DNA of 32,000 nt from Galbibacter orientalis DSM 19592 (GTDB lineage: Bacteria; Bacteroidota; Bacteroidia; Flavobacteriales; Flavobacteriaceae), in the NCBI RefSeq assembly GCF_000260115.1, contig NZ_JH651379.1, forward strand, positions 3,032,240 through 3,064,239, in the 5' to 3' direction. The notes under the pieces are model-generated. The model made no database searches, was not told the DNA's origin, and worked only from the letters and a program-made list of their open reading frames with translations. The position numbers were made by a program, and so were the translations under genes. Shown one piece after another: positions 16,052 to 24,702 of this stretch (its first letter is position 1; each line of letters starts with the position of its first letter).

Positions 16052-16960
16052 TTATTCTTCGGTTTGGGTAACTTTAGTTTCAATGATACCGTATAAATAT
16101 TCTTCTACATCAAATTTAATTTCTTCATCTCCATTTTGTAATTTGAAACCATCAATAATCATAATTTCACTACTGTAAATAGATTGGTATTCATTTTTCT
16201 TTAATCCAAATACATCTGTAGTAGCAGTAGCTGCAGTTGTGGTAAGATAATTAGGAACTTTCTGACCTTCAATTTCAGTAGTATCGTTTGCTGGATTTCC
16301 GTCTCCATTTAAATCTTCATCAATTGTAAGAATTCCATCATCATCATCATCGTTATCTAAATAATTAGGAATACCATCTCCATCAGTATCTGTAAATATT
16401 ACTTGATTTAAGTCGTCAAAATCTATTTCGTCTTTTGTAAACACGTTATCATTATCATCATCTCGGTCTATATAATCTGGGATACCATCGCCATCACTAT
16501 CTCTAGAAGCTTCTTTATTTACAGTGCCATCTTCATTATAAACTACTCCTTCTTGAGCGGTTGGTACACCATCTTGATCATCATCTTCAAGGGTAGTAAC
16601 AATTCTTATAGTTCCGCTAGGCGCATACCATTCTTCTGTAACAAGAGGTGTTGTTGGCGGTACAGTTTGGCAGAAGTATGAACTTTTAACTTCAGCATCA
16701 AAAATTCTGTATAAAACTTGGTTTGACGTATTATTAATTGGGAATTCTAGAGTGTCTACTTCTTTGAAATTAACAGTACTGGAAGTTATTTTTACGATAA
16801 GGGCTTCAGTTCCGTTTTCAGAGATTTTAAATAATGTAGTATTGCTACAAGGATTATTAATTTCTGTGTCGTCAAATTCGAGACGTTCGATTATAAAATC
16901 CCCATCATCACAACTACTTAGCATTATTGATATAAAAACAAAAAAGAAGACTCTTTTCAT
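16052..16960 (-). CDS. Lipoprotein with thrombospondin type-3-like calcium-binding repeats
   Basis: Start chosen at MKRVFFFVFISIMLSSC (lipobox). Motifs DSDGDGIPDYIDRDDDNDN, DTDGDGIPNYLDNDDDDDG and DEDLNGDGNPAND. The longer ORF start at 16996 would overlap the candidate -7 box. Confidence 0.75.
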   Translation of the reverse strand: MKRVFFFVFISIMLSSCDDGDFIIERLEFDDTEINNPCSNTTLFKISENGTEALIVKITSSTVNFKEVDTLEFPINNTSNQVLYRIFDAEVKSSYFCQTVPPTTPLVTEEWYAPSGTIRIVTTLEDDDQDGVPTAQEGVVYNEDGTVNKEASRDSDGDGIPDYIDRDDDNDNVFTKDEIDFDDLNQVIFTDTDGDGIPNYLDNDDDDDGILTIDEDLNGDGNPANDTTEIEGQKVPNYLTTTAATATTDVFGLKKNEYQSIYSSEIMIIDGFKLQNGDEEIKFDVEEYLYGIIETKVTQTEE

Positions 16961-16982
16961 ACTTAAAATTTTAAAACTTAAA

Positions 16983-16990
16983 CAAATGTA
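16983..16990 (-). promoter_or_regulatory. Candidate -7 box TAcaTTTG for the TSP3-repeat lipoprotein gene
   Basis: Exact TAnnTTTG on the minus strand, 22 nt upstream of the ATG at 16960. Confidence 0.4.
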
Positions 16991-17017
16991 AAACATACAA
17001 AGTTATAACGAAATTTA

Positions 17018-17048
17018 TTGCGAATAATTTTAATTAAAAGTACTTTTG
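17018..17048 (+). promoter_or_regulatory. Candidate promoter TTG-N20-TActTTTG for the cysteine desulfurase gene (possibly leaderless mRNA)
   Basis: The -7 box at 17041-17048 ends only 4 nt before the ATG at 17053. A TTG lies 20 nt upstream of the box. Confidence 0.4.
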
Positions 17049-17052
17049 CGGC

Positions 17053-18201
17053 ATGCAAAAAGTGTATTTAGACAGTGCTGCTACAACGCAGGTGAGAGCG
17101 GAAGTGATTGAGAAAATGCAGGAAGCATTGGCAACATTCTACGGAAATCCGTCTTCTACTCATAGTTTTGGTAGATCCGCTAAAACTCAAATAGAAAAAG
17201 CACGTAAAACAATAGCAAAACGACTTAATGCGAGTCCGTCTGAAATTATATTCACTTCTGGAGGTACGGAAGCTGATAATATGATTTTACGTTGTGCTGT
17301 TCGAGATTTAGAAATAAAACATATTATAACCTCTAAAATTGAGCATCATGCGGTTTTACATACCGTAGAACAACTTGAAGAGGAATATGGAGTAAAAGTT
17401 TCGTATGTAAAATTGAACGAATGTGGAGCGCCAAGTTTAGAGGATTTAGAGACTTTACTTAAAGAAAATTCTGAAAAGACATTAGTGAGTTTAATGCATG
17501 TAAATAACGAAATTGGAAACATGATCGATATTGATGCATTTGCAGATAAGTGTAAAGAGTATAATGCTTTATTCCATTCAGACAGTGTCCAATCTATTGG
17601 GCATTGGGAGTGGGATGTACAAAAAACAAAAGTCGACTTTTTAACGGCAGCGGCTCATAAATTTCATGGACCTAAAGGAATAGGTTTTGCATTTATCAGA
17701 AAAAATATACCCTTAAAGCAATTAATTCACGGAGGATCTCAGGAACGAGGATTTAGAGCAGGAACAGAGCCTTTTCATAATATTGTTGGTTTAGAGGAAG
17801 CTTTTATACAGGCCTATGATCATTTAGATGAAGAACGTACTTATGTTACCGAGCTAAAAGAGTATTTTATGAAAGAACTCTCTAATGCAATGCCTGGTGT
17901 TAAGTATAATGGAAATTGTGCAGATAATGAAAAAAGTACTTATACTTTAGTAAATGCATGTTTGCCATTAAGTGCCGATAAAGGAGCTTTACTTTTATTT
18001 CAACTAGATATTAAAGGTATTGCATGCTCTAAAGGAAGTGCTTGTCAAAGTGGAAGCGCTGCAGGTTCTCATGTGCTTACTGAAATTTTAAATGAAGAAG
18101 ATTCTCAAAGACCTTCTGTAAGATTTTCATTTTCTAAATACAATACAAAGGAAGAATTAGATTACGTTGTTGCTTGTTTAAAGGAATTTGCCAATAGCTA
18201 A
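17053..18201 (+). CDS. Cysteine desulfurase (NifS/IscS class V aminotransferase family)
   Basis: 382-aa ORF with the PLP lysine in AAHKFHGPKG and the catalytic Cys loop SKGSACQSG. Confidence 0.9.
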   Translation: MQKVYLDSAATTQVRAEVIEKMQEALATFYGNPSSTHSFGRSAKTQIEKARKTIAKRLNASPSEIIFTSGGTEADNMILRCAVRDLEIKHIITSKIEHHAVLHTVEQLEEEYGVKVSYVKLNECGAPSLEDLETLLKENSEKTLVSLMHVNNEIGNMIDIDAFADKCKEYNALFHSDSVQSIGHWEWDVQKTKVDFLTAAAHKFHGPKGIGFAFIRKNIPLKQLIHGGSQERGFRAGTEPFHNIVGLEEAFIQAYDHLDEERTYVTELKEYFMKELSNAMPGVKYNGNCADNEKSTYTLVNACLPLSADKGALLLFQLDIKGIACSKGSACQSGSAAGSHVLTEILNEEDSQRPSVRFSFSKYNTKEELDYVVACLKEFANS

Positions 18202-18222
18202 TACAAGTAAAAAGAAGAATAT

Positions 18223-18257
18223 AAAAAAAACGTTCCTCAATGAGGAACGTTTTTTTT
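18223..18257. terminator. Bidirectional rho-independent terminator
   Basis: An 8-bp stem (cgttcctc / gaggaacg) with a 3-nt loop, flanked by A8 and T8. It lies between convergent genes. Confidence 0.85.
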
Positions 18258-18273
18258 ATATTCTATTGTAATA

Positions 18274-19332
18274 TTAACTTTTCTGTTCTTTATTGAAGTA
18301 AACAAGGTAGTAATACATTTGTTTTTCTTCGTCCCATCCTTTTTCTACAAATTTCTCAGCAGACTCTGGATTGATAAAGTCCATTTTTATCTGAATGTTA
18401 GTGTCTAAATTAATTACATTCTTAATTTTTTTACGAGCATCAGAAACGGCTTTGTTTGCAATAGGAAATGAAGATACATCTTCAATACTATATTTTGGAC
18501 CTTTTTCTGTTTTGTAATTTTTAAATTCAGGAATCAAATCTGGATTATCCATTACTTCGTTTAAGAAGCTAGTTTCTTCAAAATCATCGTTTTTTGCAAA
18601 ATGATTCACAGCACGATTCATAAACATAACTTCTTCTTTTTTGTCTTCTGCTGGTAAAACAACATCTTTGGCAAAGTCTTGACAAAACTTAAGGTATTTT
18701 TTGGTAAAAAAAGTTTCATCTGTAAGCGCATCAACATTTAAAAAGTTTTCTAGCCAATATTTAGTATCGTAACGGTTACTGTCTACAGATAAAATTTTAA
18801 AGCCTTCTTCTTTATTTTTATTGATAATAAGGCACCCTTTGTCAAGTTTGTTAATATTAATACCATGGCGGATTAATATTTCAAGGTTAGTTCCTTTTTC
18901 TTCAAACTCTAGAAAATCATGTTTTAACTCTGATTTAAAAACACCAATAGCATCAATCTTCTCATTATCAATTACAACATCCGAGAGGTAGGTTACATAT
19001 ACTTCTCCGCTTTTTATATGCGGATGGTTGGATTGATCGTATAAATGTGTTGCTATACTTTTTGATACTTTATGAATACTGGCTGGATCTTCAAAAACCT
19101 CGGTAGCCATAGTGTATAATTCATTGTATTCTAAATCAACCTCATGGTCAAAACGGTAATAATTTTCTTCTTTTTCACGAAAAGGCTTAAAAAAATATTC
19201 TTTTAATAAACCAGTAATTTCGTCGTTTAAGCGGTAAGGTTCTTCTGAAAAGAAAGTACCTTCATTTTTACTTTTATTTCCAATTCTATGAATGGAAAGA
19301 CTTTCAATTTGTGTAAGATATAAATTGATCAT
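18274..19332 (-). CDS. Nucleoid-associated protein, NdpA/YejK-like
   Basis: 352-aa ORF. The N-terminal segment LSIHRIGNKSKNEG and the overall size match my recollection of the Bacteroidota NdpA-like family. Confidence 0.7.
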   Translation of the reverse strand: MINLYLTQIESLSIHRIGNKSKNEGTFFSEEPYRLNDEITGLLKEYFFKPFREKEENYYRFDHEVDLEYNELYTMATEVFEDPASIHKVSKSIATHLYDQSNHPHIKSGEVYVTYLSDVVIDNEKIDAIGVFKSELKHDFLEFEEKGTNLEILIRHGININKLDKGCLIINKNKEEGFKILSVDSNRYDTKYWLENFLNVDALTDETFFTKKYLKFCQDFAKDVVLPAEDKKEEVMFMNRAVNHFAKNDDFEETSFLNEVMDNPDLIPEFKNYKTEKGPKYSIEDVSSFPIANKAVSDARKKIKNVINLDTNIQIKMDFINPESAEKFVEKGWDEEKQMYYYLVYFNKEQKS

Positions 19333-19435
19333 TTAATAAGTTAAAAGTTAAATTGTTAGATTAAAAGTCTGAGAAAAAAGAAAATTTTTAATGTATTCTT
19401 TTTGTATTTTTTATTTTAAATCCCTTCTAAAAGGA

Positions 19436-19948
19436 TTAATTCCAATGTTCGTCAAAATTGAAATCATCTAAATTATCCAAGTCGTAATCGTCGTCCATAT
19501 TGTCCTCATCTTCTGATAAGTCTTCTGCTTCGAACTTTTTTACTGGAGGCGCATCTGGTAATTGCCCATGTACATATAGGAGATTAGGATAAATTGCTCC
19601 ATCTTCTTTCTCGGCTATTTCGGCTAATTCAACAAAAAATGTCCACATACTAAAAAAGTCGTACACATATATTAGGTTTCTGTTGTTTTCATTTAAAATA
19701 TCCTCAATAATAGTTTCAGACATCAGTCTTACCTCACTTCCAGAATCGCTCATATCAAAAAGGGCGATTTCTTCTCCTTGATTCCATTCTTCATCACTTA
19801 CATAAAATGACGCCATTTCAGTTCCATCAAAACCAAAAGCTTGAGAAACTGCATTATGAAAATCTTCAAGTGTGCTATTTCCTTCAACTTCTATATCTCG
19901 AAAAACATCTTCCTCTAAGTCGAGTATAATTCTAAATTTATAAATCAT
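19436..19948 (-). CDS. pRiA4b ORF-3-like (IS1096 TnpR passenger-like) domain protein with an acidic tail
   Basis: 170-aa ORF with YKFRIILDLEEDVFRDIEV...TLEDFHNAVSQAFGF and the C-terminal tail EDLSEDEDNMDDDYDLDNLDDFNFDEHWN. Confidence 0.65.
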   Translation of the reverse strand: MIYKFRIILDLEEDVFRDIEVEGNSTLEDFHNAVSQAFGFDGTEMASFYVSDEEWNQGEEIALFDMSDSGSEVRLMSETIIEDILNENNRNLIYVYDFFSMWTFFVELAEIAEKEDGAIYPNLLYVHGQLPDAPPVKKFEAEDLSEDEDNMDDDYDLDNLDDFNFDEHWN

Positions 19949-20064
19949 TAATTCTAGTTTTTTCAGCGTGGTGCAAGTTACAAAGTTTTGTGTTGAATTC
20001 CACTAAGTCTTCATGATTTCCGTAGACAATTATTGTTGAAAATACATTGTTTTATACCGTTCAA

Positions 20065-21111
20065 TTAGCTTATGTTCTTGCTTTGAGGGACTTGGTTTTT
20101 ATTTGTTTTTGCCTCAAGAAGTAAATAAAATTGAATCCCAAATAAAATAGAAGCAATGACTAAATGTAATGCCTGGCTACCAAAAGGAAAATGGAAGTAG
20201 AACATCCCAATTCCTGTTAATATTTCTATAATAATAAATGCTAAAACCCAATTTACTTTTGAAAATCCAAGGTTTAACTTTTTATTTCTGAGGAATAAAA
20301 ATATGTTTACTAAAAAGACTAATACGGATAAAGACCGGTGGATGTAAAAATCGATTTCAGGATTTGCTAACCATTGATTCTTTGCCATTGTTCCATAAAC
20401 ATCAGTTTGTTCATCTATAAATTGTCGAACCTGTGTTCCTAAAACTATTTGTATAAGTGTAAGGATTAAAGCTGCTACTAAGATGCTTGAAAACAGACTA
20501 TTTGATTTAAGAGTTTTATTTTTTTCTTTAGTCTGATAGATAATAATAAGAATAAAAGCAACAATTACAAGAGCCATAACCATATGTAATGTAATCCTAA
20601 TTGGCGCTAAAACTGAATATACCACTGTAGCACCAAGCCAAGCTTGGAAGCCCATTCCAAAAACTGTAAGCCATGCCAGAATAGGAATCCATTTATTTTT
20701 TTTCCAATAAGAAAACGAAGCAAATGCTAAAATAAGTGTAGCAAAACCAGCTAAGGCACCAAACAATCGGTTTATATATTCCACCCAAGTATGCGACGGA
20801 TTGAAAACAGCGTAATCATGTTTTGTATACGTCTCCCAATGAGATTCTGTATAGGTGTTTCCAGTAGTGAAGTCTTCTTTAGCTACTTTTAACGTTTTAT
20901 CTATAATAATAACTTGCCCTTTTTTGAATTCTCTTTTAGGCTGCCATTCTAGTTGAGAAATTTCAGTAGGAGGAATGTAATACCCAAAACACTTTGGCCA
21001 ATCTGGACACCCCATACCACTACCTGTCATACGCACCACAGCTCCAGCTATAATTACTAGATACACTAATACAAGTGTGATTTTTGCTATTTTTCTAAAA
21101 TTGTTTTTCAC
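20065..21111 (-). CDS. ctaA: Heme A synthase (COX15/CtaA family)
   Basis: 348-aa polytopic ORF with RMTGSGMGCPDWPKCFG and conserved His residues in the helices. It has a GTG start, and the N-terminus MKNNFRKIAKITLVLVYL looks complete. Confidence 0.85.
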   Translation of the reverse strand: MKNNFRKIAKITLVLVYLVIIAGAVVRMTGSGMGCPDWPKCFGYYIPPTEISQLEWQPKREFKKGQVIIIDKTLKVAKEDFTTGNTYTESHWETYTKHDYAVFNPSHTWVEYINRLFGALAGFATLILAFASFSYWKKNKWIPILAWLTVFGMGFQAWLGATVVYSVLAPIRITLHMVMALVIVAFILIIIYQTKEKNKTLKSNSLFSSILVAALILTLIQIVLGTQVRQFIDEQTDVYGTMAKNQWLANPEIDFYIHRSLSVLVFLVNIFLFLRNKKLNLGFSKVNWVLAFIIIEILTGIGMFYFHFPFGSQALHLVIASILFGIQFYLLLEAKTNKNQVPQSKNIS

Positions 21112-21116
21112 TTTTT

Positions 21117-21280
21117 AAGGTTTAAAGGTTTAAAGGTTCAAAGGTTCAGAGGTTCAAAGGTTCAAAGGTTCAAAGGTTCAAAGGTTCAAAGGTTCAAAGG
21201 TTTCAAAAGATTCAAAGGTTCAAAGGTTTCAAAAGATTCAGAGGTTCAGAGACTCAAAAGATTAAAAATATTCAAAGGTT
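21117..21280. repeat. Tandem array of about 19 units of AAGGTTCA (8-10 nt variants)
   Basis: Parsed unit by unit: aaggttta x2, aaggttca x2, gaggttca, aaggttca x5, then 9-nt variants aaggtttca / aaagattca, then decaying units. It starts 5 nt from the ctaA GTG. Confidence 0.9.
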
Positions 21281-21316
21281 TTTTGTTTTTATTTCTACAC
21301 AAACTAAATACATTTA

Positions 21317-21364
21317 CTTTGCCACTTTGCCACTTTGCCACTTTGCCACTTTGCCACTTTGCTA
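21317..21364. repeat. Tandem 8-mer array CTTTGCCA, 6 units
   Basis: Five perfect ctttgcca units plus a final ctttgcta. The cta of the final unit is the TAG stop (minus strand) of the CCA-adding enzyme gene. Confidence 0.9.
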
Positions 21365-22792
21365 TTTCTCAACAGGTGTTAATCCAAGTTTTTCTCCTCT
21401 TTTTAACATGAATTCGAAAGCAGCATCATGTTCATTCGGAATTTCGCCTTCTAAAATTGCTTCTTTAATAGCCTCTTTTATAATTCCAATTTCTTTTGAA
21501 GGTTTGATATTAAAAGTTTCCATTATTTCTGCACCATCAACTGGAGGTTGGAAATTTCGTACATGATCTCTTTCTTCAACTTCAGCTATTTTCTGACGAA
21601 CAATTTTAAAGTTGTTGTTGTATTTTTTAAAACGTTTAGGATTTTTAGTAGTAATATCAGCCTCACAAAGAGTCATTAAATCTTCTACGTGGTTTCCAGC
21701 ATCAAAAATTAATCGTCTTACAGCCGAATCGGTTACTATATCCTGAGCCAATACAATTGGTCGAGAACTCATTAAAACGAGCTTTTGTACCAGTTTCATT
21801 TTATCATTTAGAGGCATATGCAGGCGTTTAAATAGTTTATAAACCATTTTAGAGCCTACAAATTCGTGTCCGTGAAAGGTCCAGCCAATTTTTTCATCAA
21901 AACGCTTAGTAGGTGCTTTTCCGATATCGTGTAATAATGCAGCCCATCGCAACCAAAGGTCATCTGTGTTTTTAGCAATATTATCTACTACCTCAAGCGT
22001 ATGCCAGAAATTGTCTTTATGCTTTTGTCCTTCCTTCTCTTCAATGCCTTGAAGGTTTGTTAATTCGGGCATAATAATAGGTAATAATCCTGTTTTGAAT
22101 AATAGAGAAAAGCCAATAGAAGGTTTTTTACTAAGTAATATTTTATTTAGTTCATCTACAATACGCTCGTTTGAGATGATTTTTATTCGTTCTCTATTTT
22201 TTTTAATTGCTTGAAGCGATTTATTCTCAATAATGAAATCAAGCTGTGAGGCAAATCTTATAGCGCGCATCATTCTTAACGGATCATCAGAATACGTAAT
22301 ATCTGGATCCAATGGGGTTCTAATAATTTTATTTTCAAGGTCAGAAATCCCATTAAAGGGATCTAGAAGTTCTCCATAGCTTTCTTTGTTTAAAGAAATA
22401 GCCAGTGCATTAATTGTGAAATCTCTTCTATTTTGGTCGTCTTCTAAAGTACCGTTTTCAACAACTGGTTTCCTACTATCAAAGTGGTAGCTTTCCTTCC
22501 GAGCTCCTACAAATTCTACTTCTAAATCTTCAAAACGAATCATGGCCGTTCCGAAGTTTTTAAAAACAGAAATCTTAGTCTTCTTTTCTATATTTGAAGC
22601 CACTTCTTTTGCTAAATCAATTCCGCTACCAAGCGCTACAACATCAATATCTTTTGGAATTCCTCTTTCTAGTAGAAAATCGCGTACAAAACCACCAATA
22701 ACATAGCTTTTTAGGTTTAAAGAAGCAGATGCTTTTTCGATAATTTCAAAAATTGGATTTTGAATCGCGGTAATGATCTTTTTATTTGACAT
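21362..22792 (-). CDS. CCA-adding tRNA nucleotidyltransferase / poly(A) polymerase family protein with HD domain
   Basis: 476-aa ORF with GGFVRDFLL...KDIDV, RRDFTINA and the HD motif ALLHDIGK. Confidence 0.85.
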   Translation of the reverse strand: MSNKKIITAIQNPIFEIIEKASASLNLKSYVIGGFVRDFLLERGIPKDIDVVALGSGIDLAKEVASNIEKKTKISVFKNFGTAMIRFEDLEVEFVGARKESYHFDSRKPVVENGTLEDDQNRRDFTINALAISLNKESYGELLDPFNGISDLENKIIRTPLDPDITYSDDPLRMMRAIRFASQLDFIIENKSLQAIKKNRERIKIISNERIVDELNKILLSKKPSIGFSLLFKTGLLPIIMPELTNLQGIEEKEGQKHKDNFWHTLEVVDNIAKNTDDLWLRWAALLHDIGKAPTKRFDEKIGWTFHGHEFVGSKMVYKLFKRLHMPLNDKMKLVQKLVLMSSRPIVLAQDIVTDSAVRRLIFDAGNHVEDLMTLCEADITTKNPKRFKKYNNNFKIVRQKIAEVEERDHVRNFQPPVDGAEIMETFNIKPSKEIGIIKEAIKEAILEGEIPNEHDAAFEFMLKRGEKLGLTPVEK

Positions 22793-22832
22793 TCATTTCT
22801 TTTTTTGCCACAAATTCACTAATATTTTATAA

Positions 22833-23207
22833 TTAGTTAATAATTCTCCTGTGGTCTAATAAATCTTTATGGAAATTAGCCAATAATGCTAATTTTAATT
22901 TTGAAACTTTTAAGTAATTTAAACATTGAGCAAAATGTTTATCATGCAAATTATCACATGATTTAACTTCTAAGATAATTTTATCAAAAACAACAAAATC
23001 TGTATAGAATTTATGAGGTAAAATAATATTTTTATATGAAACTTTAAACTCTTTTTCTCTTTCGAAAGGAATATTTAAAGACTTAAACTCATACTCTAAT
23101 GCATCTTTATATACAATTTCAGAAAAACCACTTCCTAACTGATTATAAATTTCAAAAAGCACCCCTACAATACTATAACTTTCATCTTTATAAATTAATG
23201 TGCTCAT
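22833..23207 (-). CDS. GxxExxY protein (PD-(D/E)XK nuclease-like small protein)
   Basis: 124-aa ORF with the literal GxxExxY motif (GSGFSEIVYKDAL) and a D...E.K-like core (DFVVFDKIILEVKS). Confidence 0.8.
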   Translation of the reverse strand: MSTLIYKDESYSIVGVLFEIYNQLGSGFSEIVYKDALEYEFKSLNIPFEREKEFKVSYKNIILPHKFYTDFVVFDKIILEVKSCDNLHDKHFAQCLNYLKVSKLKLALLANFHKDLLDHRRIIN

Positions 23208-23276
23208 TATAAATTTGTGTATTAGTGGCTTTTCAATTTATGAATTACCAGATTAGAACTGATACTGCCTACTATA

Positions 23277-23837
23277 TTACTTCCGAATAATCTTAACAGT
23301 AGCATCATTTCCTATTTTTATAATAGAAGAAGGGCGACTGTTAGTTTTTTCGCGGTGCAAATTTACCACATAGTCAACACCTTTTAAAATTTCCTTAGCT
23401 ATTTCTGAAAAGCTTTTTGGTGTAGGCATACCACTTATGTTGGCAGAAGTAGAAATAATAGGTCGCTTGAATTGCCTAATTAATTTCTGGCAAAACTCAT
23501 CTGATGCTACACGAATGGCAAGTGTGTTGTCTTCAGGAATTAGATTTTTAGCAACATTAATTGGTCTATCATATATAATAGTGGTGGGTCTATCTGCTAA
23601 TTCAACAATATCAAAAGCAGCATCAGGGATTTCATAAACATATTTTTGAAGCATTCTAATATCAGAAACTAGAGAAATTAATGCCTTACTATCGTCTCTT
23701 TTTTTTAATTCATACACTTTTTTGATAGCCTCTTCATTGGTAGCGTCGCAACCAATCCCCCAAACGGTATCGGTAGGGTAGAGTATAAGCCCACCTTTAT
23801 TAAGGATTTCAAGGGTGTTTTGGATTTCTTGATTCAT
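23277..23837 (-). CDS. tsaC: L-threonylcarbamoyladenylate synthase (YrdC/TsaC type)
   Basis: 186-aa ORF with YPTDTVWGIGCDA, KKRDDSKALISLV and STSANISG. Confidence 0.85.
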   Translation of the reverse strand: MNQEIQNTLEILNKGGLILYPTDTVWGIGCDATNEEAIKKVYELKKRDDSKALISLVSDIRMLQKYVYEIPDAAFDIVELADRPTTIIYDRPINVAKNLIPEDNTLAIRVASDEFCQKLIRQFKRPIISTSANISGMPTPKSFSEIAKEILKGVDYVVNLHREKTNSRPSSIIKIGNDATVKIIRK

Positions 23838-23861
23838 AGTTATTATTAGTGTTCCTTTTAA

Positions 23862-24620
23862 TTATAGTTTGTCTATGTAAAAAAAGTTCTTTTTAAAAAA
23901 AGTATATTTAATAGAGTCTAATAGCATTATAGGTAGTTTTTTAAGTTTTCTATAACCGCTATCTAAAATATAACTGAGCCCTTTTTTCTTATTTTTCCAT
24001 GAATCTTCCCACCAATGAATGCAAATAGTATTATTTGTTACACATTCTGGATAGAATTTTTCTTGCCATGAAAAAGGGTAGAAATACTCTGAGGTAACTA
24101 CCAAAACATCTTTTATATGTTGATTTTTGTAGGTTTCTAATCCATAGTTTTTAAGAATATAAGACGCTATAGGAGGTCCTCCCATGGCATTAAATTGTGT
24201 TCTTTGCTTTCTTTCGGTTTCTTTTATACAGTCTAGAATAAACTCATTCTTAGCTTGAGCTCCTAATACTGCTGAATTTATTGGAAATTTTTCGTTTTCA
24301 AATTTCCCTTGGAAACCAATAAAAGCTTTTTCATTTAAAAAAGAATCGAAAGTTTTTACCATTTCAATATCCGTATCTAAATAAATTCCCCCTTCTGTAT
24401 AAATAGAATAAAGCCTTATGTAGTCTGTAATAAAAGACCACTTTTTTTGATCATATAATTTTTGTAGGAAAGGGAGTTTTTCAAATGGAGTGTTACTTTC
24501 ATCCCATCTTTTTATTTCATATTCAGGCATTTTTTCTTTCCAAGAAGAAATGCATTTTTTGATGGTATCGTTTTGAATACCATTCCCATACCAACAATAA
24601 TGGATTTTTTTAGGAATCAT
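23862..24620 (-). CDS. Glycosyltransferase with DXD motif (Gly_transf_sug / OCH1-like)
   Basis: 252-aa ORF with IPKKIHYCWYG at the N-terminus and GGIYLDTDIE (DXD). Confidence 0.7.
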   Translation of the reverse strand: MIPKKIHYCWYGNGIQNDTIKKCISSWKEKMPEYEIKRWDESNTPFEKLPFLQKLYDQKKWSFITDYIRLYSIYTEGGIYLDTDIEMVKTFDSFLNEKAFIGFQGKFENEKFPINSAVLGAQAKNEFILDCIKETERKQRTQFNAMGGPPIASYILKNYGLETYKNQHIKDVLVVTSEYFYPFSWQEKFYPECVTNNTICIHWWEDSWKNKKKGLSYILDSGYRKLKKLPIMLLDSIKYTFFKKNFFYIDKL

Positions 24621-24650
24621 TTAAAAAAGCTTTATTAAAGTGAATGCGTA

Positions 24651-24658
24651 CAAAAATA
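24651..24658 (-). promoter_or_regulatory. Candidate -7 box TAttTTTG for the DXD glycosyltransferase gene
   Basis: Exact TAnnTTTG on the minus strand, 30 nt upstream of the ATG at 24620. Confidence 0.3.
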
Positions 24659-24702
24659 TATTAATATTGATGATTTTAGTATTTTTATCGAAAATTTAAT
24701 AA

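Noticed and set aside
21327-21566. 79-aa plus-strand ORF starting MPLCHFATLPLCYF
   Set aside because: Its N-terminus is the translation of the CTTTGCCA tandem repeat. The rest is antisense to the well-supported CCA-adding enzyme gene.
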